Shown: one piece after another, positions 40,730 through 50,896 of the stretch
Position numbering within the stretch: position 1 is the first letter of the stretch
Layout of the letters: every line of letters begins with the position of its first letter
Assembly (NCBI GenBank): GCA_965207885.1
Contig: OZ242311.1
Coordinates: forward strand, 1,248,001 to 1,312,000
Reading direction: 5' to 3'
From: Candidatus Latescibacterota bacterium
Lineage (GTDB): Bacteria; Latescibacterota; UBA2968
DNA: 64,000 nucleotides
The notes under the pieces: generated by a model
Database searches by the model: none
Told to the model about the DNA's origin: nothing
What the model saw: the letters and a program-made list of their open reading frames with translations, nothing else
Position numbers and translations under genes: made by a program

Positions 40730-42436
40730 TCACATCTGTTCTGGCGTTTTCATCCCCAGCAAAGTTAGGCCCGATGCCAGCACCGTCTTAATCGCATAGA
40801 CCAGTGCAACGCGGGCAGCCGTCAAATCCGCTTGTTCAGAAATAACCTGATGGGCATTGTAAAACCGATTGGCGACCGTACACAATTCAATCATAAGCGT
40901 TGTCACGACAGAGGGTTCGTATTCGTCTGCAGCTTTTTGAATCTGCCCTGGAAATCGCGCAAGACACTTGACGACCTCAATGGCTTCTGGCTCATTTAAC
41001 AACGCGAAGTCGATATCCCTCGGCGGCAAAGTACCGTCATAGCGCCGCAACACGCTGCAATATCGCGCGTGGGTATATTGCAAATATGGACCGGTTTCGC
41101 CGTTGAAATTTAAAACCTCGTCCCAATCAAACACAATATCGCGCGTCCGTTTGGAATCCAAATCCGCAAAAATAATCGCACCAATGCCCACATCTCGTGC
41201 AATCTGATCACTATTGGGCAAATCGGGATTCTTATCGGCAATAATTTTTTGCGTCAACTCAATCGCGCGATTCAGCACATCTTCCAAAAAAACCACATTG
41301 CCCCTGCGCGTTGAAGCCCCACTGCCATCTTTGAATCGCAGCCGCCCAAATTGCACATGCGCGCATTTTTTTCGCCAATCGTATTCCATCAATTCCAACA
41401 CCTGAAACAACTGGCGAAAATACAGCGATTGCGCCACATCCACCACATAGAGCAATTTTTCAAAGCGATATGTTTCCCACCGATACTCCAGCGCGGCCAA
41501 ATCGCGCGTACCGTACAATGTCGCATCGTCGCTTCGCAATGCGATCAAAGGCGGCATATCCCATTTTTCCAAATCCACAATAGTTGCGCCTTCACTCTCG
41601 GTCAGCAACCCCTTTACCCGCAATCGATCCAATGTCGCGGGCATCTTATCCTGGTAAAAACTCTCCCCAGCAATCGACTCAAACCCAATGCCCAGCATAT
41701 CGTAAACGCGATCAAACTCCTTAAAACTCACATCCACGCACACCTGCCACATCCGCACGGCTTCTTCATCGCCATCTTCGAGGCGGCGAAACCAATCGCG
41801 GGCTTCTTGTTCGAGTTTGGGATTGTCTTCAATCTCCTCATTAATGCGAATATAGAGTTCCAACAACTTCTGAATGGTAATATCCGCCGTCAATTCGCCC
41901 TCACCCCAGTAATTCCACGCCAGAATCAATTTCGCAAACTGAGATCCCCAATCGCCCAGATGATTCACCCCAATCACTTCATAGCCCAATGCCCGATAAA
42001 TATTTCGCAAAGCATTGCCAATCACAGTTGACCGTAGATGGTGAATACCAAATGGCTTGGCAATATTGGGATGCGAAAAATCGATCACAACCGTCTTTCC
42101 AACACCGTGATCTCCGCGTCCGTAATCCGCACCCTGTTCGAAAACTGCCGAGAGTGTCTCCCCCACCAAATTGGTCTTCGGCACAAAAAAATTGAGATAC
42201 GGACCTGTGGGACGCACCTCGGAAATTCGCTCACCCGTCGCAATTTGTGCAGATAGTTCTTCGGCAATCAGATGGGGTGCTTTGCGAAAAATTTTGGCCA
42301 ACGTAAAACACGGCAATGCATAATCGCCCATCTCGGGTTTTGGCGGCGTTTCGATCAGCGCCCTCACATCGCCACAAGACATCTCAGTTGCTTTTGACAC
42401 CTGCAATACAATTTCTTCGACAAAAGGATTGACCAT
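40730..42436 (-). CDS. argS: Arginine--tRNA ligase
   Basis: DFSHPNIAKPFGIHHLRST, NHLGDWG, STRRG and GETGPYLQY motifs. Confidence 0.95.
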   Translation of the reverse strand: MVNPFVEEIVLQVSKATEMSCGDVRALIETPPKPEMGDYALPCFTLAKIFRKAPHLIAEELSAQIATGERISEVRPTGPYLNFFVPKTNLVGETLSAVFEQGADYGRGDHGVGKTVVIDFSHPNIAKPFGIHHLRSTVIGNALRNIYRALGYEVIGVNHLGDWGSQFAKLILAWNYWGEGELTADITIQKLLELYIRINEEIEDNPKLEQEARDWFRRLEDGDEEAVRMWQVCVDVSFKEFDRVYDMLGIGFESIAGESFYQDKMPATLDRLRVKGLLTESEGATIVDLEKWDMPPLIALRSDDATLYGTRDLAALEYRWETYRFEKLLYVVDVAQSLYFRQLFQVLELMEYDWRKKCAHVQFGRLRFKDGSGASTRRGNVVFLEDVLNRAIELTQKIIADKNPDLPNSDQIARDVGIGAIIFADLDSKRTRDIVFDWDEVLNFNGETGPYLQYTHARYCSVLRRYDGTLPPRDIDFALLNEPEAIEVVKCLARFPGQIQKAADEYEPSVVTTLMIELCTVANRFYNAHQVISEQADLTAARVALVYAIKTVLASGLTLLGMKTPEQM

Positions 42437-42461
42437 AAAAGACTACCTCTTCTCCAGTTCC

Positions 42462-42926
42462 CTATTTCAAAATATCCAAATCCAAAATTTTCTGTACATC
42501 GGCCTTCACTTGTGCGGGCACGCGAAACCGATAGCTCTTTCGTTGAGAAATGAGTTCCAAATCCCGCTCGGTACGCCACACATATCTCGAAAAACGCTGC
42601 CAGGGCATATAGCGCATACCCATCATCAATCCGCGCGCACTCATGGTCACGCGAATGGTAGCATACGCGATATAAAAAAATTCGAGAGAAAGCAAAAAAC
42701 CGAATAATTGCGGCACAAATCCCACGCCATCTGAGATCGCGGCTCCCCGAAACAGCACAATACCCCCCGTCACAATCAAAAGCACATCCCATCGCTTCTG
42801 CAAAAAAACCACCACAGGCTCTTGTGCATTGGACACATGACGTCGCAATCGCCAATACGCCACAATAGACGCGCCCAATAAAATGGGAGCGAGAATCAAC
42901 ACGATTTGTATAAGTGTCAAAGGCAT
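42462..42926 (-). CDS. Hypothetical membrane protein (DUF5673-like)
   Basis: Three TM segments plus RG...PWQRFSRYVW; tightly coupled to its neighbours. Confidence 0.65.
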   Translation of the reverse strand: MPLTLIQIVLILAPILLGASIVAYWRLRRHVSNAQEPVVVFLQKRWDVLLIVTGGIVLFRGAAISDGVGFVPQLFGFLLSLEFFYIAYATIRVTMSARGLMMGMRYMPWQRFSRYVWRTERDLELISQRKSYRFRVPAQVKADVQKILDLDILK

Positions 42927-42927
42927 G

Positions 42928-43689
42928 TTACGATTTCGACGCCAGATAAATGGTTGCAATCCCAAAGCTCAACCGAACCGCCTGTATATCGGCAAATCCC
43001 GCATCGAATAACCGCCCGCAAAAATCGGCACCTTCGGGAAAATGCATCACAGATTCATACAAATAGCGGTAGGCATTCGGGTCGCGGGAGATCATGTGTC
43101 CAATACGAGGCAAAATACGCTGAAAATAAAAATTGTAAAGGCCGCGGAACACAGGGGTTCGCGGCCTTGAAAACTCCAGCACAGCCACGCGCCCACCCAC
43201 CTTGAGCACGCGGCACATCTCGCTCAGGGCCGTTTCCAACTCGGCCACGTTGCGAATGCCAAATCCGATTGTCACGCCGTCAAATGTCCCCTCACAAAAG
43301 GGGAGACTCTCCCCATCGCCACACAAAAACGCGACCGGATTTGCTCGCGACTCATTTTTTTTTGTACCCTCACGCAACATCGGCACCGAAGGATCGACGC
43401 CGATCACCTGAATATCGCCAGCGCGCTTGCCGCATTCAAACCCCAAATCGCCCGTGCCCGTAGCCAGGTCCAAAATTCGCCAGTTCGGCCCAGGTTGCAA
43501 TCGGTCAATCGTCTTTTTTCGCCACAAAATATCAATGCCCAGGCTCAACAGGTGGTTGAGCAAATCGTATCTGCGGGCAATCCCGTCAAACATCTGCCGC
43601 ACAAAAGCGCGCTTGGCTTCTGGTTTGAGCAACACATCGCGCGCAATACCCGCAGGGGCTTTAGGGCTATCCCTGTGCTCACCTCTCAT
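42928..43689 (-). CDS. ubiE: Ubiquinone/menaquinone C-methyltransferase
   Basis: MFDGIARRYDLLNHLLSLG, LDLATGTGD, GFGIRNV, LEFS and YRYLYES motifs. Confidence 0.93.
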   Translation of the reverse strand: MRGEHRDSPKAPAGIARDVLLKPEAKRAFVRQMFDGIARRYDLLNHLLSLGIDILWRKKTIDRLQPGPNWRILDLATGTGDLGFECGKRAGDIQVIGVDPSVPMLREGTKKNESRANPVAFLCGDGESLPFCEGTFDGVTIGFGIRNVAELETALSEMCRVLKVGGRVAVLEFSRPRTPVFRGLYNFYFQRILPRIGHMISRDPNAYRYLYESVMHFPEGADFCGRLFDAGFADIQAVRLSFGIATIYLASKS

Positions 43690-44557
43690 TTTTTGTGCCG
43701 ACCCGTTTGACAACGACATTTTTCATCACATCGGTCGGTGGCTCAACACCCGTCCAGATCGCAAAAGACCGCGCCCCTTGAAAGACCAGCATATCCAGCC
43801 CTCCAAAAGCAGACGCACCAACCGATTGAAACGCGCGCATCAACTGCGTTTCCAGTGGATTGAACACCGTATCGTAGAGCACCAGATCCGGATGGACAGC
43901 GCGCACATCGTCAAGAGGCGAGGCATTGACCTCGGGATACATCCCCAGCGAAGTGGTATTCACAACCACACCCGCATCGGCAAACGCCCTGCATTGCGCA
44001 TCGACATCCAGCGCACCCACATCCATTTTTGTGCCCGTTATTCTTTCCATATCCACTGCCAGAGCCTCGGCTCGCTCGACCGTGCGATTCAAAATCGACA
44101 CCCGCTGCACCCCATCTTGCGTCCCCAGCGCATACGTCACAGCGCGGGCAGCCCCACCAGCACCAAGCACCACGCAATGCGCGGGAAATGCTTCAATCCC
44201 CGCAATATCGCGCAATGCCGTCAAGACGCCATAGACATCCGTATTGTATCCGACCAGCTCATCGTCTTCACGCGAAATGGTATTAACCGCACCCACAGCC
44301 AGCGCTTCTTCTGAAATGCGATCCAGATGTTCCATCACCGCCAGCTTGTGCGGAATAGTCACATTTAACCCGCGAATATTCAGTCCGCGCAACCCCTTCA
44401 TCGCCTCGCCCACGCGGTCGGGCAACACGTGAAAAGCCACATAACAATAATCCACATCTAATGCGGCGATTGCGGCATTGTGCATATCGGGAGAAAACGA
44501 ATGAGCCACCGGGTCGCCAATAACGCCCAGCACCTGACTTGTTGCGCGAATATTCAT
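43679..44557 (-). CDS. aroE: Shikimate dehydrogenase
   Basis: HSFSPDMHN, NVTIPHK, GAVNT, GYNTD, GAGGAARA and GLDMLVFQG motifs. Confidence 0.95.
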   Translation of the reverse strand: MNIRATSQVLGVIGDPVAHSFSPDMHNAAIAALDVDYCYVAFHVLPDRVGEAMKGLRGLNIRGLNVTIPHKLAVMEHLDRISEEALAVGAVNTISREDDELVGYNTDVYGVLTALRDIAGIEAFPAHCVVLGAGGAARAVTYALGTQDGVQRVSILNRTVERAEALAVDMERITGTKMDVGALDVDAQCRAFADAGVVVNTTSLGMYPEVNASPLDDVRAVHPDLVLYDTVFNPLETQLMRAFQSVGASAFGGLDMLVFQGARSFAIWTGVEPPTDVMKNVVVKRVGTKNER

Positions 44558-44712
44558 CAAGACCTTCGACTGCCATCCAGCAAATCATTTACAAACTCGT
44601 CAGCAATATCAAAACTTTCCTTCCACGAGCAGTTGTATGTATAGCGTATAAATGCCACACCGCCCAGGATCATCAAAATCGCAAATAGCGCGAGCTTAAA
44701 AAGTATCTTCAT
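44557..44712 (-). CDS. Small membrane-anchored protein (51 aa)
   Basis: Not in the ORF track. MKILFKLALFAILMILGGVAFIRYTYNCSWKESFDIADEFVNDLLDGSRRS*; ATGA overlap with the upstream gene and TGATG overlap with aroE. Confidence 0.7.
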   Translation of the reverse strand: MKILFKLALFAILMILGGVAFIRYTYNCSWKESFDIADEFVNDLLDGSRRS

Positions 44713-45368
44713 ATTTTCACCTCTTTTGGTTGAACAACAGTAGATAAACAGGCAAATAACCCGGCGAAATCACGACACATATCACCCGTATTTGACACCC
44801 GGGTTTCGCCCTCGGCTACCAATCCCGCCAGAGTAAAGGTCAATCCCGTGAGGGCATCGCCGCCAGCATCGACCTCTATACCCTCAAGGCGCACAGGTCC
44901 CTGCACCACCAGACCATCGGGCATTTCGCCTGCCTTAGCCCCCATTTGACGCAAATTTTGAATCGTCAGTGATAGGCGGTCAACCTCTCCCTGGCGCAAA
45001 CCCTCTCCATCTCGAATAACCGTTTCGCCCGCGGCTTGCGTGCCCATCACAGCGAGAAAAGGCACTTCACGAATAAATAGATCGGTTTGCTCGCCCCCTA
45101 TACGCGTGCGCCGCAATTCAGACCCCTGGACTTTAATCGTACGCGTCACCTTAGACTTTGATCGCGTCACCTGAATGTCCAATTGTGCATTCAACCGCCG
45201 CAACAAATCCAATGCGCGGCGGGTCTTCCAATCGTCGCCCACGCAGTGAAGGGTTAAATCCGACTGCGATAACATCGCCGCAGCGCCGAGCAAATAAAGC
45301 GTGGTCTCAGGATCCCCTGGAACATCGCACTCACCAATAAGCCCACGCGCTTCCTTTACCTCATACAT
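44709..45368 (-). CDS. Half-length, degenerate EPSP synthase (AroA)-like protein
   Basis: 219 aa. VPGD, A.GETVIRD..LR.GEVDR, L.QMGA..E.PDGLVVQG and GETRV match the AroA C-terminal half, but KESDR becomes GEVDR and DHR becomes DAL. Confidence 0.8.
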   Translation of the reverse strand: MYEVKEARGLIGECDVPGDPETTLYLLGAAAMLSQSDLTLHCVGDDWKTRRALDLLRRLNAQLDIQVTRSKSKVTRTIKVQGSELRRTRIGGEQTDLFIREVPFLAVMGTQAAGETVIRDGEGLRQGEVDRLSLTIQNLRQMGAKAGEMPDGLVVQGPVRLEGIEVDAGGDALTGLTFTLAGLVAEGETRVSNTGDMCRDFAGLFACLSTVVQPKEVKI

Positions 45369-45378
45369 ACTTACCCCT

Positions 45379-46488
45379 CTAACGCAACCGCACTTGATAA
45401 CCCGCATCTCGCAAAATATCGACAGACCGATCGGCTTCCTCCTGCTGCCCAAACCCCATCCGAATCGTCCCCCCTTCGCCTTCGCGCACCTTCAGGACTT
45501 CAATATCTTCAATATTAATTCCTTCGGCAGATAAACGCGAGGCAACATCGGCAATCACACCGGGTTTGTCTTCCACCACCAGCAAAATTTCGTGAAGCGG
45601 ATGCAAAAACCCCTTGGAATCTCTGGGAATCTCTCCGCGAATGCGATTCGCATAGTCAAAATCTTCTGATAGTGCCTCTCGATCCACCTTCTCTCGTATC
45701 GCCACAAGCGCGTCGAGATACGCATTGATCATCTCTCGAATAGGACCGGCATTGGTCTGACAAATATCTCGCCACATCGCAAACGGACTGGAGGCAATGC
45801 GCGTCAAGTCGCGGAACCCACCCGCCGCCATTTGCAGGGGAAGGCCATCGGCCTCATTGAGCCTGCCCACCAATCCCACGAGCGTGGTAGCCATCATCTG
45901 CGGCAAATGGCTCACCGTCGCCGCGACCCGATCATGCGTCTCTGCCTCCATGCGCATAGAACGCGCACCAATGCATTGCACCAGTGCTGCAAGCGCATCC
46001 ACAGTTTCGTCGGAAACACCGCTTGCGGGCGTAAGCACATAAAGCGCGTTTTCAAACAAAAAGGGATCGGCAGCACCCACACCGCTCTTTTCCGACCCCG
46101 CCATGGGATGCCCGCCCACAAAATGCACATCTTCACGCGCAACCTGTTCTGCACATGCGACAATCGCGCCCTTCGTACTGCCCACATCTGTAATAATACA
46201 ACCCGGCGAGGCCGCTTTCACGACCGAGGGTAATTGCTCCAGAATACGCACAATGGGCGAACACAAAAATACCAGATCTGACCGCTTTACGCCATTGTCC
46301 ATCGCGTCGTATCCATAACCACTGTCAATCACATCGAGCGCACGGGCCTCTCGCAGGGTCTCCGCGCGGCTAATACCAATAATCTCGCGCCCAATACCCA
46401 GTCGCTTAAACGCCAGCCCCAGCGACCCGCCAATCAACCCCACACCCACAATGGCAATCGCGGCATCTGTAAACGGAGGATCGTTCAT
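45379..46488 (-). CDS. tyrA: Prephenate dehydrogenase with a C-terminal ACT domain
   Basis: GVGLIGGS, TDVGSTK, GHPMAGSE, HD..A.VSHLP, FRDLTRIA and VEDKPGVIA motifs. Confidence 0.93.
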   Translation of the reverse strand: MNDPPFTDAAIAIVGVGLIGGSLGLAFKRLGIGREIIGISRAETLREARALDVIDSGYGYDAMDNGVKRSDLVFLCSPIVRILEQLPSVVKAASPGCIITDVGSTKGAIVACAEQVAREDVHFVGGHPMAGSEKSGVGAADPFLFENALYVLTPASGVSDETVDALAALVQCIGARSMRMEAETHDRVAATVSHLPQMMATTLVGLVGRLNEADGLPLQMAAGGFRDLTRIASSPFAMWRDICQTNAGPIREMINAYLDALVAIREKVDREALSEDFDYANRIRGEIPRDSKGFLHPLHEILLVVEDKPGVIADVASRLSAEGINIEDIEVLKVREGEGGTIRMGFGQQEEADRSVDILRDAGYQVRLR

Positions 46489-46515
46489 ACAAATAACCTG
46501 ATACGATATAAAATA

Positions 46516-47541
46516 CTAAACCAGACCCGCCAGATCCTTCACAAAAATTTCCGTATCTTCCCATCCCAGGCACGGGTCGGTAATCGACTTCCCAAATATC
46601 CCCTCTTCGGGTTTTTGCGCGCCCTCTTCCAGATAACTCTCCACCATCAACCCGCGCACCACATTGTGAAGCAGCGCGGAATGGCGGCGGCTGCGCATCA
46701 CCTCCAGACCAATGCGCGGCTGTTCGGAAAACGTTTTATCTGAATTATTGTGATTGGTATCCACAATAATCGTCGGATTGCCCAACTTGCGCGTAAGATA
46801 TTGCTCGGCAACATGCATCAAATCTTCGTAGTGATAATTGGGGATGCTTCGCCCATTATACGACATCCCGCGCAACACCGCATGCGTCAGCGGATTGCCC
46901 GACGTACTGACTTCCCAGCCATTGTGAAAAAATACATGCGGCATTTGCGCGGCATAAATGGCATTGAACATCACATCCAGATCGCCACCCGTTGGATTTT
47001 TCATGCCCGCGGGCACATCGACACCGCTAATGGTCAGGCGATGATTCTGATTTTCAACAGACCGCGCCCCCACGGCAATATAACTCAGCAAATCCTCTAC
47101 ATAAGGCAAATTCGAAGGGTAGAGCATCTCATCGGCAGCCGTCAAATGCGACTCGCGAAAAGCGCGAATCTGCATCTGCCGAATGGTCTTAATCCCAACA
47201 ACCATATCGGGCATACCTTTGGGATCGGGCTGATGGGCCATGCCCTTATACCCTTCGCCAGTCGTGCGCGGCTTATTGGTATAAATCCTCGGCACGAGCA
47301 CCAATTTGTCCATCACCTGCTCTTGAAGCTGTGCCAGGCGATTTACATATTCACACACCGCATCGACATTGTGAGCCGAGCAAGGACCAATAACCAACAA
47401 AAACTTATCGCTCTTGCGCTCAAAAATAGCCCGAATCTCGGCATCGCGTTCTTCTTTCTTAGACTTTAAATCATCGGGCAGTGGCAAAACATCCCGGATC
47501 TCTTCTGCACTCGGAATGGGCTGAATCCGTTTGAAACTCAT
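46516..47541 (-). CDS. aroF: DAHP synthase, class I-alpha
   Basis: GPCSA, KPRTTG.GYKG, GARSVENQ.HR, KNPTGG, LRG and SITDPCLGW motifs; allosteric specificity unknown. Confidence 0.9.
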   Translation of the reverse strand: MSFKRIQPIPSAEEIRDVLPLPDDLKSKKEERDAEIRAIFERKSDKFLLVIGPCSAHNVDAVCEYVNRLAQLQEQVMDKLVLVPRIYTNKPRTTGEGYKGMAHQPDPKGMPDMVVGIKTIRQMQIRAFRESHLTAADEMLYPSNLPYVEDLLSYIAVGARSVENQNHRLTISGVDVPAGMKNPTGGDLDVMFNAIYAAQMPHVFFHNGWEVSTSGNPLTHAVLRGMSYNGRSIPNYHYEDLMHVAEQYLTRKLGNPTIIVDTNHNNSDKTFSEQPRIGLEVMRSRRHSALLHNVVRGLMVESYLEEGAQKPEEGIFGKSITDPCLGWEDTEIFVKDLAGLV

Positions 47542-47556
47542 AATAGTACCTTTTTT

Positions 47557-47838
47557 TTAAGACTCTGAATCTGAGTGATCTTCTTCCAACCGCAGTGACT
47601 CATCGATAATCTGTCTAAAAATGCGTTGCGCTGCTTCGTGACTCAAAGGACCGCCATTCAATTCGCGAATGCGGTTGAGGATCAGGGTTTCTCGTTCGGG
47701 GACATGAAAGGGCAAACCCTCGGCACGCTTAATTTTTCCCACAGACAGAGCATACCGAGCACGCTCATTGAGCAACTCGAGAATCTGATCATCTAAGGCA
47801 TCAATTTTCTCGCGCCAGAAATCCAGATCCCTCTCCAT
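47557..47838 (-). CDS. Chorismate mutase (AroQ-type, stand-alone)
   Basis: REKIDALDDQILELLNERA..VGKIK and PERE motifs. Confidence 0.9.
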   Translation of the reverse strand: MERDLDFWREKIDALDDQILELLNERARYALSVGKIKRAEGLPFHVPERETLILNRIRELNGGPLSHEAAQRIFRQIIDESLRLEEDHSDSES

Positions 47839-47841
47839 AAC

Positions 47842-48645
47842 CTACACACCCTCTCTCAAAGGGCCGACCAAAGACCCGACAAACGCCCCCACCTTTGCAA
47901 CCAGATCGGCCTCGTGTTGGTACTCGCCAATGCGGCGCACAATCGCGCTACCAACCACAACCGCATCGGCATATCGCGCAATTTCCGATACATGCTCGGG
48001 CGTTGAAATACCAAACCCAACGGCAATGGGCATATCTGTGTGCTGGCATATCGCAGACACCTTGCTTTGAATTTCATCAGCCAGAGAATCGCGCTCTCCC
48101 GTCACCCCGGTGCGCGACACATAATAGATAAAACCTCTGGTATGCGATGCAATCAGCTTCATCCGATCATCGCGCGTGGTAGGCGTCACGAGAAAAACCG
48201 TATCCAGCCCATGCACATCCATCTGCGCTTTGTAATCGCCGCCCTCTTCCGGAGGCAGATCCAGCATCAGAACACCATCCACCCCCACATCTGCAGCGCG
48301 TTTTACAAAGCGCTCCACACCGTAGCGATGAATCGGATTATAATACGTAAACAGCACAATGGGGATTTCGGTCTCCATCCGCACATCTGCAACCATAGAC
48401 AACACGCCCTCGAGCGTTGCGCCGGCGGCCAAAGCGCGTTGTGACGCCTCCTGAATCACGGGACCATCGGCCAGAGGATCTGAAAAGGGAACACCCAGTT
48501 CCAGGACATCCACACCTCGCCGATCCAGTTCCAACACCACCTGATGCGTGGTATTTAAGTCTGGATCACCCGCCGTAATATACGCGACAAAGCCCGTTCT
48601 GTCCGCTTTTCTCAAGTCTTCAAACCGCTGACCAATCCGCATCAT
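47842..48645 (-). CDS. trpA: Tryptophan synthase alpha chain
   Basis: [34 protein letters not shown] and GFGIS motifs. Confidence 0.96.
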   Translation of the reverse strand: MMRIGQRFEDLRKADRTGFVAYITAGDPDLNTTHQVVLELDRRGVDVLELGVPFSDPLADGPVIQEASQRALAAGATLEGVLSMVADVRMETEIPIVLFTYYNPIHRYGVERFVKRAADVGVDGVLMLDLPPEEGGDYKAQMDVHGLDTVFLVTPTTRDDRMKLIASHTRGFIYYVSRTGVTGERDSLADEIQSKVSAICQHTDMPIAVGFGISTPEHVSEIARYADAVVVGSAIVRRIGEYQHEADLVAKVGAFVGSLVGPLREGV

Positions 48646-49847
48646 CTCACTCCTTCGATAAACCGCGCCGCTTGCTGCACATCTTTGTCCCCGCGTCCCG
48701 ATAAATTGACCACCACAGTCTGATCTCGACTCATCTCGGGTGCCAACTTGCAAACATGGGCAATAGCGTGTGAACTCTCCAAAGCGGGAATAATCCCTTC
48801 GGTATGACTGAGCAACTCAAAAGCACTGAGTGCTTCCTCATCCGTCGCATACGTATAAGTCGTGCGCGCCATATCTCGCAAATAACAATGCTCTGGCCCC
48901 ACGCCCGAATAATCGAGACCAGCCGACACCGAATGCGTCAATGCGATTTGCCCATCATCATCTTGCAACACATAGATGCGCGCACCGTGCAAAACCCCCA
49001 AATCGCCGCCATTAAACCGCGCAGCGTGCTCGCCAGACTCAATACCGTGCCCTCCAGCCTCCACACCGATCATCTGGACATCGGTATCATCTAAGAAAGC
49101 GTGAAACAACCCAATAGAATTGCTACCCCCGCCCACACAGGCGACGAGTACATCGGGCAATCGGCCTTCTCTGTCTAAAATTTGAGCACGGGCTTCAACG
49201 CCAATAACCCGCTGAAAATCGCGCACGATCATCGGATACGGATGCGGTCCCAAAACCGAACCAAAAATGTAAAACGTATCCTCCACATTGGTCACCCAGT
49301 CGCGGATGGCCTCATTAATCGCATCCTTCAGGGTTTTGCTACCCGAATGGACACCCGTAACTTTCGCTCCCAGGAGCCGCATGCGAAACACATTGAGCGC
49401 TTGCCGTTCCATATCTTCAACACCCATGTAAATTTCGCATTTGAGACCGAACATCGCAGCCACAGTTGCCGTTGCCACGCCGTGTTGTCCGGCACCAGTC
49501 TCGGCAATAATCCGCGTTTTGCCCATTCGGTTGGCGAGCAAAATCTGCCCCATGGCGTGATTGATCTTATGCGCCCCCGTATGGGCTAGGTCTTCGCGCT
49601 TGAGATAAATTTTAGGACCGCCGAGTTCTTCTGTCAACCGGTCGGCAAAATAAAGCGGCGTGGGCCGCCCGACATACTCGCCCAAATATCGATCCAGTTC
49701 AGCCCAAAACCCGGGGTCGCGCTTTGCCTCCCGATAAGCCGCCTCAAGGTCTTCCAACAGCGCCATAAGCGTCTCGGGCACATATTGCCCACCATAAGGT
49801 CCAAAATGTCCGCGCGCATCGGGCAAATCACTCGCGTTTACAGCCAT
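48642..49847 (-). CDS. trpB: Tryptophan synthase beta chain
   Basis: [34 protein letters not shown] and SGRGDKD motifs. Confidence 0.97.
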   Translation of the reverse strand: MAVNASDLPDARGHFGPYGGQYVPETLMALLEDLEAAYREAKRDPGFWAELDRYLGEYVGRPTPLYFADRLTEELGGPKIYLKREDLAHTGAHKINHAMGQILLANRMGKTRIIAETGAGQHGVATATVAAMFGLKCEIYMGVEDMERQALNVFRMRLLGAKVTGVHSGSKTLKDAINEAIRDWVTNVEDTFYIFGSVLGPHPYPMIVRDFQRVIGVEARAQILDREGRLPDVLVACVGGGSNSIGLFHAFLDDTDVQMIGVEAGGHGIESGEHAARFNGGDLGVLHGARIYVLQDDDGQIALTHSVSAGLDYSGVGPEHCYLRDMARTTYTYATDEEALSAFELLSHTEGIIPALESSHAIAHVCKLAPEMSRDQTVVVNLSGRGDKDVQQAARFIEGVR

Positions 49848-49860
49848 ATTGTATATCCTC

Positions 49861-50838
49861 TTAAATATCCCCAACGACTTGGTCGTAAAATGCCAGATAC
49901 CGATCGCAGTCATCACCATCGAGCAATGCCATTGCCTCGCGGGGATGCTGGTTGTGCTGACCCGTGATATTATAGGGCACCAGAGGTCCCCACATCATTT
50001 CGCGGCGCAACTTGACAAAATGCTCTTCCAGCAACTTATAGACGGGACGGATCTTAAACTTGGGATTCCGCAAAAAACCGAGCAACAATTCCATGGGACA
50101 ATTGCCCGCACCGCGACCCAATCCATCCACAGTAGCATCGACCCGATTGGCCCCCAAAATAATGGCCTCAATAGTATTGGCAAATGCCAGTTGCTGGTTA
50201 TTGTGCGCGTGAATACCCACCTCTTTACCCGAACCCTTGGTCGCCTCCATGTATTTTCGCACCAGCATATCGACCTGCTCGCGATACAGCGCACCGAAAC
50301 TATCCACCACGCAAATCGTGCCCACAGGGGTTTCCATCAGCACCTCTAACGCCTGATCAATCTCGACATCTTGCACCTTCGAAATCGCCATAATATTACA
50401 ACTCGTTTCATACCCCTTCTCGTGGGCATCGAGCAACATTTCGACAGTCTCGGGAATCTGCTCGACATAACACGCCACGCGCACCATATCGACCACGCTC
50501 TCGCTGGATGGCAGAATATCTTCGGCCCAATCGCTCTTGCCCGCATCCGCCATAATTGCGAGTTTCATCCCCGTCGCTTCGGGATCGTGATCCCCGGTAA
50601 TTTTGCGAATATCCTCTTCATCGCTGTGGCGGAACGCACCAAAATCTCTTTTGGGGAACATCTCTTTAGAGTTTCGGTAACCAATTTCCATATAATCAAC
50701 ACCCGCCGCGACACATGTTTCATACACGGCCTTCACAAAATCATCATCAAAATGATGGTCATTCATCAAACCGCCATCGCGGATCGTACAATCGAGTACC
50801 TTGAGTTCCGGACGGTAGGTAATCCAGGGTGCTTTCAT
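49861..50838 (-). CDS. DRE-TIM/HMGL-like aldolase (4-hydroxy-2-oxovalerate aldolase-like)
   Basis: [17 protein letters not shown] and GLGRGAGN motifs. Confidence 0.85.
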   Translation of the reverse strand: MKAPWITYRPELKVLDCTIRDGGLMNDHHFDDDFVKAVYETCVAAGVDYMEIGYRNSKEMFPKRDFGAFRHSDEEDIRKITGDHDPEATGMKLAIMADAGKSDWAEDILPSSESVVDMVRVACYVEQIPETVEMLLDAHEKGYETSCNIMAISKVQDVEIDQALEVLMETPVGTICVVDSFGALYREQVDMLVRKYMEATKGSGKEVGIHAHNNQQLAFANTIEAIILGANRVDATVDGLGRGAGNCPMELLLGFLRNPKFKIRPVYKLLEEHFVKLRREMMWGPLVPYNITGQHNQHPREAMALLDGDDCDRYLAFYDQVVGDI

Positions 50839-50896
50839 AAAAAATCCTTCCTTTGGAATTAAGTAGTTAGTGAAAAATCTACATGCACCTGCACAA

